A stretch of DNA of 64,000 bases. It comes from a virus. Of this stretch, positions 1 to 12,564 are shown in pieces. Below the pieces are notes generated by a model. It had not been told where the DNA came from. It saw only the letters and a program-made list of their open reading frames with translations, and ran no database searches. The translations under genes and the position numbers were made by a program. The stretch spans positions 2,929 through 66,928 of the IMG/VR virus record IMGVR_UViG_3300046804_004994, one strand, 5' to 3'. How positions within the stretch are numbered: the stretch's first letter is position 1; every line of letters begins with the position of its first letter.

Positions 1-1827
1 TGTTACACGGTTTAAACCATATCCAAATCCGCCTGCACCAATAGTTGCACTATAACCGGTTCCGTATATGTCACCTACACTATTTACATAAAAACTAGTT
101 GTTTGTGTATGATCATTACCACCTATGAAAATATCATTTATATTAGACTTTATATATGTTGGCTGTTCAACATGTGTAGTTGCATTTGTTCCGAGTTGTC
201 CGCATACGTTGCTGCCCCAACCGTATAAGTCTTTTGAAGTTGTTATTGCAAATCTAGTGCCAGATAAAGCGACTTTATTAACAGCAAGTTTGCTTACATT
301 TGATAATCCAGGAACAGTGCTTAATGCGGTTAAGTATGTATTTTGTGTGGTAGTACTGCTATAAGCAATACCCCACGGATTCATACCGCATGCTGAAACA
401 GTCCCATCATTACTCAATATATATGTACAATCTGATGAGCAATATACATTAGCTACTTGAGCAGATTCCGTTGTTATTAATGTACCGGGTATTAATGTAA
501 ATGTGTTTGCGTACTTATTATTGATACTTTGACCAATTCCTAATTGACCAAATTGATTAGATCCAACCGCATATACACCCGTGTTTGCTAATGCATATGT
601 AGTTCCACTAACAGGGTCTAAATAACTACTACTAACCCCGCACATACATACAATGTTGTATATATCTTTTGCAGTCAAATCGGTAACAAGTGTTGGATTA
701 GATACATATGTTGTGTGTCCATGCCCTAATTGATATTGTTCGTTATATCCCCAGCTGTAAATCTTTGAGTTGTTGCTATCAATTGCAAAATATGAAGCGC
801 TTAAATATGTGAGATTGCTCACAGGGGATGCTACTATATTAGTTATACCTGTCAACGGTAAACCTGTATTTGTATTAAGCAATTTAAAGTGCGTTGAATA
901 ATTTGTTTGTGTGCTACCAGATGGTGGGTTGCCTGTAGTATACACATATCCACCCTTTGTAATAACAAACGCGGTTGCGTAACTACCTACAATTTTTGCG
1001 ATACTATTTGACACCGTAAATGGTGGATCAAATATTGCTTGTTGCGGTTTAAATCTAACAGCACCTCCCGGCATTGCATTTCCAAATGCACCTTTTGATA
1101 ATGAATCTGTACCATATACAAAAACAGTGCCAGTTGAATCAAGATATAATGAACCAGTTGCTAACGACCCTTCCATTAGCTGTGCTATGTTTGCATCTGC
1201 ACCTGCTTTTAATGATAAATAGCCGTTTACTAGTTCAAAATTTGACGTGTTGTATTTTAAGTTTAAAATATCATTTGTTGTATCCTTTACAATTGGAGAC
1301 AACACGCTATTGAACATGTCATTAGATAATTTATCTGTTGTAATTCCTAAATCTTTTAACTGAAGATAACTATACTCACCTGCAATAGCAATTTCAATAG
1401 TATCGCCATCAACATTTACACCTACACCGTCTTCATTAACATTTAAAGCACCATTAGGTTGCACTGTAATACCTGATGCCACTGTTGTTAATGTATTATT
1501 TTCTGTGAACTTAATAGAAACATTATCTGGTTTTGCACCAACGTATACCCAGTTAGCAGATAATGACGGGTTTGTACCAGTCAATTGGTAAAATAAATTA
1601 TTTCGAAGTACTAAATCACCAGGAAAGGCATTAGTATTTTCAAATAATGTATTGGGTGGATGGATTCGCACTGTTTGAGCAGTACCACCGCTAGTTGCTC
1701 CGTCGCCTACAAATAGTCGTTTTCCGTCGGTAGTATACAGTATTTCACCTTCATCAAATACAACTTGTGTTCTTTGACTTTCTGACCCACGGCGTGCTTT
1801 GAATTTTACAATTTTAATATCTGGCAT
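1..1827 (-). CDS. Tail fibre / receptor-binding protein with RCC1-like repeats (runs off the left edge, C-terminus missing)
   Basis: Not in the ORF track because no stop is reached. ATG at 1827 gives MPDIKIVKFKARRGSESQRTQVVFDEGEILYTTDGKRLFVGDG, a typical tail-fibre N-terminal motif. In-frame RCC1-like units include SWGYNEQYQLGHG (~720-750), AVGSNQFGQLGIG and GWGSNVCGQLG. Confidence 0.75.
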   Translation of the reverse strand, partial: MPDIKIVKFKARRGSESQRTQVVFDEGEILYTTDGKRLFVGDGATSGGTAQTVRIHPPNTLFENTNAFPGDLVLRNNLFYQLTGTNPSLSANWVYVGAKPDNVSIKFTENNTLTTVASGITVQPNGALNVNEDGVGVNVDGDTIEIAIAGEYSYLQLKDLGITTDKLSNDMFNSVLSPIVKDTTNDILNLKYNTSNFELVNGYLSLKAGADANIAQLMEGSLATGSLYLDSTGTVFVYGTDSLSKGAFGNAMPGGAVRFKPQQAIFDPPFTVSNSIAKIVGSYATAFVITKGGYVYTTGNPPSGSTQTNYSTHFKLLNTNTGLPLTGITNIVASPVSNLTYLSASYFAIDSNNSKIYSWGYNEQYQLGHGHTTYVSNPTLVTDLTAKDIYNIVCMCGVSSSYLDPVSGTTYALANTGVYAVGSNQFGQLGIGQSINNKYANTFTLIPGTLITTESAQVANVYCSSDCTYILSNDGTVSACGMNPWGIAYSSTTTQNTYLTALSTVPGLSNVSKLAVNKVALSGTRFAITTSKDLYGWGSNVCGQLGTNATTHVEQPTYIKSNINDIFIGGNDHTQTTSFYVNSVGDIYGTGYSATIGAGGFGYGLNRVT

Positions 1828-1829
1828 AA

Positions 1830-3029
1830 TTAATGATATCCATTACGAAGTTTGACTAAGCTCGATGAACTAGGATTATAACCATCAAACGGTGCAATAA
1901 AATAATATCCTAGCCTTATAGCGTTATCACTGTTTGATGTTCCGCCATATGCTATTGGACTACCAGGTGTTGTTCTAGTAAAATTCATTATTTCATATGC
2001 TTTAAGCCCGTTATATCCTCCTTGGGAGGTCCAACCTTTTATATTTGAATAATAAAACGGAGCAGATAAGCTGTCACTAGTGGTAGTATTCCAATCATAT
2101 GGTGAAAACCCTGACACAGACCATAAAATTAATTGATTGTCAGAGTATGTTGAATTATCATTATTACCCAATCCATATCGATGATTTCTAAATGAGCGTA
2201 ACCATACCCAATTACCGCTTTCTGTAAATTTAAATAGCTGTCCCTGAGCGAGTGACGCAAATGTTGTTATTTCACTATCTAAATTCACATCTAATGAGTT
2301 AGAACGAGATATATTTACCATTACAATTGCGTAATCACCAACTGCTGGTTTGCCATATATTGAATCTTCGGTTAACCAAATTTGATTTAAGTAATTACTA
2401 ATTATCAATTGACTATTAATAGTGGTTAAAAATGTTTTATTATAACCGGTTGTGTAAATATTATATGGGTAAATACCTGTGGAAGACTGGTCATCTCGTT
2501 TTGTAGGACGGAGACGTTTTGTTGGCTTATTATTTACCTTTTCACCGTCATTTGTACCAGATTCAGCCAATGTTAGACCACCAGACAATACACACGGGTT
2601 AAATGTTTCTAAATCTAACCAAAATGTGTGTACCGTTGGAGCAGTAGTTACACCTGTTACAATACCATCGGTAAATGTAATAGTCTTAATGTTTGAATAC
2701 GTTCCATTAAGCCCTAACGGTTCATCTGTGTTAGTCGCACTTAATAAATTGTAAATATTGGTTAATCCAATGTTACCCGCAGTGTCTTTTTGATATAAAA
2801 TGTCTAAATAATTTCCTTTTAATGCAGGGTATGTAAGTTGATTCATTACTACATTAGAATCAAAATAAGCAGTGCCACCAGAAGTACTTAATTGTAAGCA
2901 TGAAGGAGTGCCAGCACCGTCATAAACACGCAATTTAATACCAGTAAACCCATCAGAGTTCTGCAAATGTAAAACGCTTTTATAAGTTGATGCAATTTGT
3001 TGGTCTTGAAAGTTATATACGTTACTCAT
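1830..3029 (-). CDS. Putative virion/tail structural protein
   Basis: 399-aa ORF, Thr/Ser/Gly/Asn-rich, in the tail module, with TATAAATA upstream. Confidence 0.55.
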   Translation of the reverse strand: MSNVYNFQDQQIASTYKSVLHLQNSDGFTGIKLRVYDGAGTPSCLQLSTSGGTAYFDSNVVMNQLTYPALKGNYLDILYQKDTAGNIGLTNIYNLLSATNTDEPLGLNGTYSNIKTITFTDGIVTGVTTAPTVHTFWLDLETFNPCVLSGGLTLAESGTNDGEKVNNKPTKRLRPTKRDDQSSTGIYPYNIYTTGYNKTFLTTINSQLIISNYLNQIWLTEDSIYGKPAVGDYAIVMVNISRSNSLDVNLDSEITTFASLAQGQLFKFTESGNWVWLRSFRNHRYGLGNNDNSTYSDNQLILWSVSGFSPYDWNTTTSDSLSAPFYYSNIKGWTSQGGYNGLKAYEIMNFTRTTPGSPIAYGGTSNSDNAIRLGYYFIAPFDGYNPSSSSLVKLRNGYH

Positions 3030-3039
3030 CGCTTCTAAT

Positions 3040-3047
3040 TATTTATA
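3040..3047 (-). promoter_or_regulatory. T4-type late promoter TATAAATA
   Basis: Perfect TATAAATA on the minus strand, 10 nt upstream of ATG 3029. Confidence 0.7.
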
Positions 3048-3058
3048 CAAATTGTTGG

Positions 3059-4924
3059 TTATTCAATTTCAAATTTACCTGAATCTATAGGATTTAATAT
3101 ATTTGTTTGTGTTAAACTTAATAACTTTTCTTGAATATTGTATATTTCTATAAATATTTGATTAATTACACCACTTTGAACCAACTCATTGTTATTAATA
3201 AACGCGTCAAAATCTGATTGTAGCGTAATATTGTTAAAATCATCATTGGTAATATAACTATAACCTTTAAATCTTAAAATACTCTGTTCATCATAACTTG
3301 CGGAAAACTTGCCTAGTAGTAAATCCTTTAAAGTTAATGTATTTTTATAAAGTTTGAACAATTCCTTGTTAAATGTGATACTTTGAACATACTCATCTTT
3401 GTTAAATTTGATACTATCTAAATTATAATATGAAACATATGGTTCACTTAAAAGTGTTTCATAGTCTGTACGTTCTTGTAAATGAATAATCCTACTATTT
3501 ATAAGTAAAAACATGTCTTCTCCATTAATATCTAACGGTAATACATTTATGTCTTTAATAGTATTGGTGCTTATAAATTCATATGAGTAGTTCCATGTGA
3601 AATAATCAAAATTCCATGTAGCGTATTCTTTGTTCCAAATCGGTTTGAGATTATCTATGAAAGGAGCAAATTGAAAAGTTGCTAACGTTTTATTCGGTTT
3701 TGATACATACTTTTTGAATACCCTCCTATCGGTTATTACATAAAATACATTTGAATCTTGTTCAGCAAATTGAAATGAATGAAAACTCCCATCTTCAGGT
3801 TCAAGCTGATCTTCAAATTCCCATTCATTAATTTTTATAAATACATTGTTATACTGTTGTAGTATAGTTTTGTTAGAAGAACTTACTAATAAAATGTAAT
3901 ACGTATCATTTATCTTCCTGTATTGAATATCTTTTACAATATGCTTAGTGTGTATTGTTGCTTTGTAATTTAAATTAGTATCATAACATTTGATACAATT
4001 ATTTGCAGAATCATATACAAGTACTGCTGTGTTTGAAGATCCTAATATAGTGGGTTTGTTGAATTTATCTGTACGAGATTCATTACCAATACCGCCAACT
4101 GTTTCAACTAGATACCTGTTAAACTCTATACTAGTGTCATTATTAAAGTATCCTAATATATCATACTTATAAATTTGATTGGTCTTACTATCACTAATAA
4201 ACGCATATTTTTCTGAATCAAACGTAATATCTTCAAATTTACGAATATGCTCATCTGTATTATTATCAATTAAAGACGTATATAAAACGACTCTGAATTG
4301 ATCAAATACATTATTAGAAGACATGCCAATAATGTGTGTATCTGTAATACCTAATATACCATAACCAGATTGATCTATATATGGTATAGTTACAAACTTT
4401 TTAAGATTATCAAATTCCGGTACGTTTGCTGATAGCGTTGGTACCGCTGAGATATATGCAAATGCAGTTTTTATTGATGTTTTTGGTACCCACTTAAAAG
4501 TAGAATCAAATACAGGGCCACTTGATAAAATTTGCCCAGTCACACCTAATGTATGTGTATAATTTACTGGAATGTTTGTAGATCCTAAAAATAAATTAGC
4601 GTAAGTGTATATTAAATTATCAAACAATAATTGAATTTTTGTGTTGAGTGTAAAATAGTTGACAATTTCGTTAGGCTCTATAATGATGCTTTCAATAGGA
4701 TTTGGAAGAGTTAGTGTCTCAACAAGATGCCTATCTAAGAAATATCTTGAAAGATATCTATCTGATGCAAATTTATTTACTGGTTTTAATTCAATTGATC
4801 CATCGGATGGATATTTACCAGTATACGCAGTGGCGTCATCAATAACGTGAATATACCCACTATATTCTCCACCTGTTAAATTTGTAAATAATCCACTACT
4901 AACGTAGTTAAATTTAGTTTGCAT
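3059..4924 (-). CDS. Baseplate/tail-associated protein with beta-propeller (NHL-like) repeats
   Basis: 621 aa; NHL-like segments (DITFDSEKYAFISDSKTNQIYKY; FNKPTIL...VYDSANNCIKCY); tail-module context. Confidence 0.55.
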   Translation of the reverse strand: MQTKFNYVSSGLFTNLTGGEYSGYIHVIDDATAYTGKYPSDGSIELKPVNKFASDRYLSRYFLDRHLVETLTLPNPIESIIIEPNEIVNYFTLNTKIQLLFDNLIYTYANLFLGSTNIPVNYTHTLGVTGQILSSGPVFDSTFKWVPKTSIKTAFAYISAVPTLSANVPEFDNLKKFVTIPYIDQSGYGILGITDTHIIGMSSNNVFDQFRVVLYTSLIDNNTDEHIRKFEDITFDSEKYAFISDSKTNQIYKYDILGYFNNDTSIEFNRYLVETVGGIGNESRTDKFNKPTILGSSNTAVLVYDSANNCIKCYDTNLNYKATIHTKHIVKDIQYRKINDTYYILLVSSSNKTILQQYNNVFIKINEWEFEDQLEPEDGSFHSFQFAEQDSNVFYVITDRRVFKKYVSKPNKTLATFQFAPFIDNLKPIWNKEYATWNFDYFTWNYSYEFISTNTIKDINVLPLDINGEDMFLLINSRIIHLQERTDYETLLSEPYVSYYNLDSIKFNKDEYVQSITFNKELFKLYKNTLTLKDLLLGKFSASYDEQSILRFKGYSYITNDDFNNITLQSDFDAFINNNELVQSGVINQIFIEIYNIQEKLLSLTQTNILNPIDSGKFEIE

Positions 4925-6363
4925 TAGTATTTGTTAAATGTTATATCATTAATATTTACGTTCGCTGGTAAGATTTGCGCTAATTTTTGTCGAACTATAT
5001 TTTTGATCTTTTCTTGTGTTGGACTATCTTCAATCTGACTATTTTTTATCAAAATATTAATATTGTTGCTCTTATGTCCTGGTGCATCTAATTTAAACAC
5101 TCTTTCAATTTGATCTAGTTCATTACGTTGATCAGCTGGTAAACTCATTATACCGTCTTGCATTTTTATACCGTTGAATGTTAAAAATCTAATTTCATCA
5201 TCTTTTAACGCTACATCATACAACTTAAATTGTTTCACACTACAATTATCAACAAAGTAATACCCAGGCTGATTAAGATATTTAAACAGCGGTGTGTTAT
5301 TATAAAATCCAGTACATCCAATTGCTATACCATCTTGTATGATGTTTTGAAAAGTGTATGTCATTGGCGGGATAGTCACGTTAGTATACAATTTACCATC
5401 GACAAACACGCTAATGTTTCCTTGATTTGTATCAAGTCGTAAAGCAAAATGATGCCATCCTGTTGTAAACATAGAAATATCTACAGGAATACTTACATCT
5501 TCTATAGATCGATTATTTTGAACATTTTTAAGTCTTACTTTAAATGTAAATTGTTGTTCTGGATGATTTTCTTTTAAATATGTGTAATTTGTAAGATTGT
5601 ATAGTTGTTTGCGGGTGTCACTATATTTGTAATAATTATCCTTTACACCTAACAATGTAAAATCATATACAGTTTGATTAACTTCGTCAATTTTTAACAT
5701 TGCTAGTTCTGAACTAACAGATAATAATACAATTGGGTACTGCTTTAATCCTTTATCTGTATATTCTCTAACTATATCAACACTTAATAGTCGAAGCGTT
5801 GTTGTGGTCAATTCAGTAAGTGCTTGCAATAGATCAATTTTAAATAGAGGAACAAATGAACTGTTATATTTTGTAATGTGCGGTTTAGTTGCACCGCCGT
5901 GCAAAACATAGATATTATTTGATCTATCAATTACAAAATTTTCTATACCATTTTCAGATTTTACACATCTACTTTTATCATCTAATCCAGATTCTGCAAA
6001 ATCATAAGTCTCGTAAACAAGATAATCTTTATTACTACGAGATGTTTCATCTAAAGTATTGTAAATATATAACACTTTATTTTCAGTGAACTTTTTTGTA
6101 AGTCTTCCTTTAAATCCGTATACAACATCATTATGCGCAATAATAGAGTCCACATCATAGTATGAATTTCCACCAGTGACAGCTTTCATTAATGTTTCTT
6201 GTTCTGTCACAAAATTATACTTTGTGACGTCTCCAGTTTTTGATGTTAAAAAGTAAATATCAGTTTCAGTGGAGTAAGAAGCAATATAATCTACAGAACG
6301 TTGCCCTGCAGAATCATAAATTGCGCCAGATGCAGTGTATTTTGCTAATTTTGGTATACTCAT
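4924..6363 (-). CDS. Baseplate/tail protein with the C-terminal half of a LamG/ConA-like domain
   Basis: Likely true start MSIPKLAK at 6363, directly after the upstream stop (TAAtATG). GWHHFALRLD...ISVFVDGK...IAIG...KQFKLYDVAL is a LamG signature. Confidence 0.65.
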   Translation of the reverse strand: MSIPKLAKYTASGAIYDSAGQRSVDYIASYSTETDIYFLTSKTGDVTKYNFVTEQETLMKAVTGGNSYYDVDSIIAHNDVVYGFKGRLTKKFTENKVLYIYNTLDETSRSNKDYLVYETYDFAESGLDDKSRCVKSENGIENFVIDRSNNIYVLHGGATKPHITKYNSSFVPLFKIDLLQALTELTTTTLRLLSVDIVREYTDKGLKQYPIVLLSVSSELAMLKIDEVNQTVYDFTLLGVKDNYYKYSDTRKQLYNLTNYTYLKENHPEQQFTFKVRLKNVQNNRSIEDVSIPVDISMFTTGWHHFALRLDTNQGNISVFVDGKLYTNVTIPPMTYTFQNIIQDGIAIGCTGFYNNTPLFKYLNQPGYYFVDNCSVKQFKLYDVALKDDEIRFLTFNGIKMQDGIMSLPADQRNELDQIERVFKLDAPGHKSNNINILIKNSQIEDSPTQEKIKNIVRQKLAQILPANVNINDITFNKY

Positions 6364-6364
6364 A

Positions 6365-9076
<2,712 letters not shown>

Positions 9077-9093
9077 TACTACTATTTATTCGA

Positions 9094-9618
9094 TCACTTT
9101 GTCAGCACCACATTATATATATCACCTGTATTGGATTGTAATATTGCATATACATCATTTGATGATAAATCTATAAATTGCGTGTTTGATATTAACAGTT
9201 TTTCGTATACACTAAAATATGAATCTTGTGAAATTGTTATTGGGAACACAAATCTATAAGTGGTATAGTTTGCAAAATATAACAACACTTGTGCAGATAA
9301 TTGCATATAATATGATGCGCTTGAAGGATGATACGTATGTTCAAATGTATCTAACCCATCACTAAACTGATTCGTTTCAGCAATTCTTACAGTTTGATCT
9401 GTATCAGCATAGGTACGAACAATTGAATTTTCAATCAAAATGTTTTTACTGCTGTCACCATAATCAATTAACACTTTTAAAACTTGATTTTCTGAGTCAT
9501 TTATATCGGTTAAATCAAATGTTAGCGTGGTACTACCAGTAAACACTTTTCTAGGAAAAAAGTATGAACCTGATATATTTGTCGAAGTTAAAGAAGGTGT
9601 ATATGTATAAGTTGTCAT
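9094..9618 (-). CDS. Structural protein, PKD/Ig-like
   Basis: 174 aa; IDYGD...FEHTY PKD-like pattern. Confidence 0.5.
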   Translation of the reverse strand: MTTYTYTPSLTSTNISGSYFFPRKVFTGSTTLTFDLTDINDSENQVLKVLIDYGDSSKNILIENSIVRTYADTDQTVRIAETNQFSDGLDTFEHTYHPSSASYYMQLSAQVLLYFANYTTYRFVFPITISQDSYFSVYEKLLISNTQFIDLSSNDVYAILQSNTGDIYNVVLTK

Positions 9619-12551
9619 ACTATAATAATTGTTCCGTCAGAAGATGATATTTTAAAATTACTATTAATGGGTGAAGTTGATACCAAATTATACATTGTTA
9701 ATGATTGACTATCACGCATATTATGTGTAAGCGTTTTTGTCCAATCACTTAATTTGTATACATTTGCACAGTTAATGTCAATTGCATCGTTTTTATAATC
9801 AAAAATACTTTGGTAAATATATGACATATGATTTTGATCATATCCAACCCATGTAAGTCCGTATTTTTTATTTCTTGAATTATATGTGAGATTAGGAACA
9901 GATATATGTGTCAATTTCACATTTAGACTACTACTATAATGTGATGTTATTTCACTTAAAGCGGTAGTGTTTAATGGATAAATTTTCTTTACCGAATTTG
10001 TTGCAAATGTATACTTATAAATGATAGGATAATATGTTACTAAATTAGATTGGGTATTATATCCAGACATTGTAACTATTATTGAATATCCTAATGTTTC
10101 ATGAATAAATGGTGCTGCAAATGACAAACCTGATAATGCAATAACATTATTTGCTGTATTTGGAGCTTGAAATATTTCATCAAACAACAACTTATCTATT
10201 ATCAAATAATTTGACGATTCAATAAAGATTGTATTATCATGGATATATAAGTGTTTGATTTCAGTGTTGACATCATTTTGCACTGCGGCGCTGTATTTTA
10301 TTAAAATTGCGCTTAATGCTGCTGATAATGGATATACAATGCTATTAGAAATATTTCGTACAAATGCTTTACCTGTTAACGATTGATAATTAGCTTGTGT
10401 ATAATTTACTGCTTCACTTGTAATGGTAGAAAATTCTGTTAATGAGGTTTCAATTACATCGTCTACATAGACACCTGAATTGTATCGATAATTATAATCA
10501 TTTGTGAGCTTGCAAGTATTACCTAAAAATGTATAACAATCTAATAATAGGTATGAATCGCTACTAGTTTGATATGCTAATGTTAAATTGCCAGATAGTG
10601 CAGGATTTCCTGAAATTGCATGATTGAATGATGGTGAAATTGAACCAATACCAGCATCATACAATTCATTATAAAAATATGTGGTATCATATATCGATCC
10701 AGGCCATGTGGTTGAATCTGTGCTATATGTTTCTGGTAAAAGCTCGCCATTATTAAATGTGAGAGATCCACCATCTACAAATAAACACGTTTTAGACGGA
10801 TCTGGACATTCTTCATATGGATATATTTCTCGGAAATATAATGTATTCTCAGCAGTAAATGAGGGTGAATATGTGCTGCTTAAAAATGATTGTGCGGTTA
10901 GTCCAGTTCGTATAGTATTTGTTCCAATTGTACCGGTTGCTGAATAATCAAAATTGTAATACTCATCATCATCGTATAATAAGTGGCCGTCAATTACAAT
11001 ACACTTTGGTCGAATATCACTATTAACAGATTTATATAATTTTGGAGGCGAATGTTTAAATATACCATACTGGTTCCCATATATATCAGATTTCCAATCT
11101 GTTATAATACCTTTATTATATAATGAACTAAAATTGGTTGTGGTGCCGGATAATCCTATTTGTTTGCTATTGTGAATTTGTCCAAGTGAATAATAACCGT
11201 AGAAACTTTGTGTATATGGAGTAATACGTACATCACCTTCAGCGTAATACATGCTTGAATTGTTAACTGATGTATTATAGTCAATAATTTGAATTAATGG
11301 AAGGTCATAAATGTTACGAGTCAACCCTGTGGTGTTCCCGTACATGTTTGGATCTGGAAAAATATAAATTTTATCCGGCTCTAACTTAGAATAATCAATT
11401 TTATACTTTTTTTCTGGATAAGAAAAGTATAAAATTCCTTGTTTATCAGGTGTAAAAAAACCTCCAATTGTTCTAATATCCTTTAATTCAGATTTTTCTT
11501 CAATTGTTGCAGTTGATGGAAAATGCCTATTGAGTAAATTACCTGTTGGATTCGTTGCAGTAAATAATTTACCTGACCCCACATTAGTAATAGTACTGCC
11601 TGTGGATAAGTAATAAAAATCAGTGCCAATATATTTTTCAATTAGTTTTTTACGTAAATTAACTATTCGTGTAGATGAATCAATTGAGCTAGTAATATAT
11701 TGATAAAAACTATCAGATAGTTTGCAATCTAAATTAACAGATGTGAAGTCATAATTGATTGAAAAGTTTTTACCAAGCTCAGATAAAAATACTACACCGG
11801 AAAAAATTTCTTGTTTTAACGCTTTATCAAAATTAATGAATAAATCTGCATTAATATCATTAACATTTGATGTGAAATATTCTTTGCGTTCAAAATTTTT
11901 GACATCATAGTCTGTTGCACTAATGGTTGGATCTAAATCAAAATAATCATTGTATAAATCAAATAATTCTACAGTTTCAATATCAAGATTTTGAATGATT
12001 GCAGATAATGGCGTGTTTACTATTTCGAAATTGACAGGCTCATCATTCTGAAATACATAATCAGTGAGTTCTTCAAAAACTGCAATTTTTACGCTAGATT
12101 GGTTCCCTTTGATCTTATTCTTTTCTACTTGATAAGTAATTTTTTCACGTTTTTGAGTGTAAAACTGGCAAATCTCAAATATTTTACGAGAGTAAAACGG
12201 AATAATAATTGCAGCTTCTGTAGGATTGTTTAAATCTATGTTAGAAAGGAACCTCTTTTCTTCTACAGTGGTATATTTTAACGATATATCTTGTAATAAC
12301 TCAATATACCTAGCTTTTATGTTTGATTGAACATCGCCATCAATCAATCCTTGCTTTTTATACCATAATTGCAAATATATTTGATATGATTCATTATAAT
12401 TCTGAGGAGTTATAACTTCTTTCGAATATTTTAAAAAGTCATAAAAGGTAAACGGGGATTGATGATCTAATGCAGTGACATTATTGGAATTATCACTAAT
12501 AATAGAATTAGCTGGCAGTACTTTTTTAAAAGTAGTCAGTTCGATTGACAT
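9615..12551 (-). CDS. Large baseplate-associated structural protein
   Basis: 978-aa ORF in the baseplate operon; TAAATA upstream. Confidence 0.55.
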   Translation of the reverse strand: MSIELTTFKKVLPANSIISDNSNNVTALDHQSPFTFYDFLKYSKEVITPQNYNESYQIYLQLWYKKQGLIDGDVQSNIKARYIELLQDISLKYTTVEEKRFLSNIDLNNPTEAAIIIPFYSRKIFEICQFYTQKREKITYQVEKNKIKGNQSSVKIAVFEELTDYVFQNDEPVNFEIVNTPLSAIIQNLDIETVELFDLYNDYFDLDPTISATDYDVKNFERKEYFTSNVNDINADLFINFDKALKQEIFSGVVFLSELGKNFSINYDFTSVNLDCKLSDSFYQYITSSIDSSTRIVNLRKKLIEKYIGTDFYYLSTGSTITNVGSGKLFTATNPTGNLLNRHFPSTATIEEKSELKDIRTIGGFFTPDKQGILYFSYPEKKYKIDYSKLEPDKIYIFPDPNMYGNTTGLTRNIYDLPLIQIIDYNTSVNNSSMYYAEGDVRITPYTQSFYGYYSLGQIHNSKQIGLSGTTTNFSSLYNKGIITDWKSDIYGNQYGIFKHSPPKLYKSVNSDIRPKCIVIDGHLLYDDDEYYNFDYSATGTIGTNTIRTGLTAQSFLSSTYSPSFTAENTLYFREIYPYEECPDPSKTCLFVDGGSLTFNNGELLPETYSTDSTTWPGSIYDTTYFYNELYDAGIGSISPSFNHAISGNPALSGNLTLAYQTSSDSYLLLDCYTFLGNTCKLTNDYNYRYNSGVYVDDVIETSLTEFSTITSEAVNYTQANYQSLTGKAFVRNISNSIVYPLSAALSAILIKYSAAVQNDVNTEIKHLYIHDNTIFIESSNYLIIDKLLFDEIFQAPNTANNVIALSGLSFAAPFIHETLGYSIIVTMSGYNTQSNLVTYYPIIYKYTFATNSVKKIYPLNTTALSEITSHYSSSLNVKLTHISVPNLTYNSRNKKYGLTWVGYDQNHMSYIYQSIFDYKNDAIDINCANVYKLSDWTKTLTHNMRDSQSLTMYNLVSTSPINSNFKISSSDGTIIIV

Positions 12552-12564
12552 ATAATGTATTTAG

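Noticed and set aside
1-1827. Diversity-generating retroelement target in the tail fibre
   Set aside because: No reverse transcriptase and no template/variable repeat pair seen in this window.
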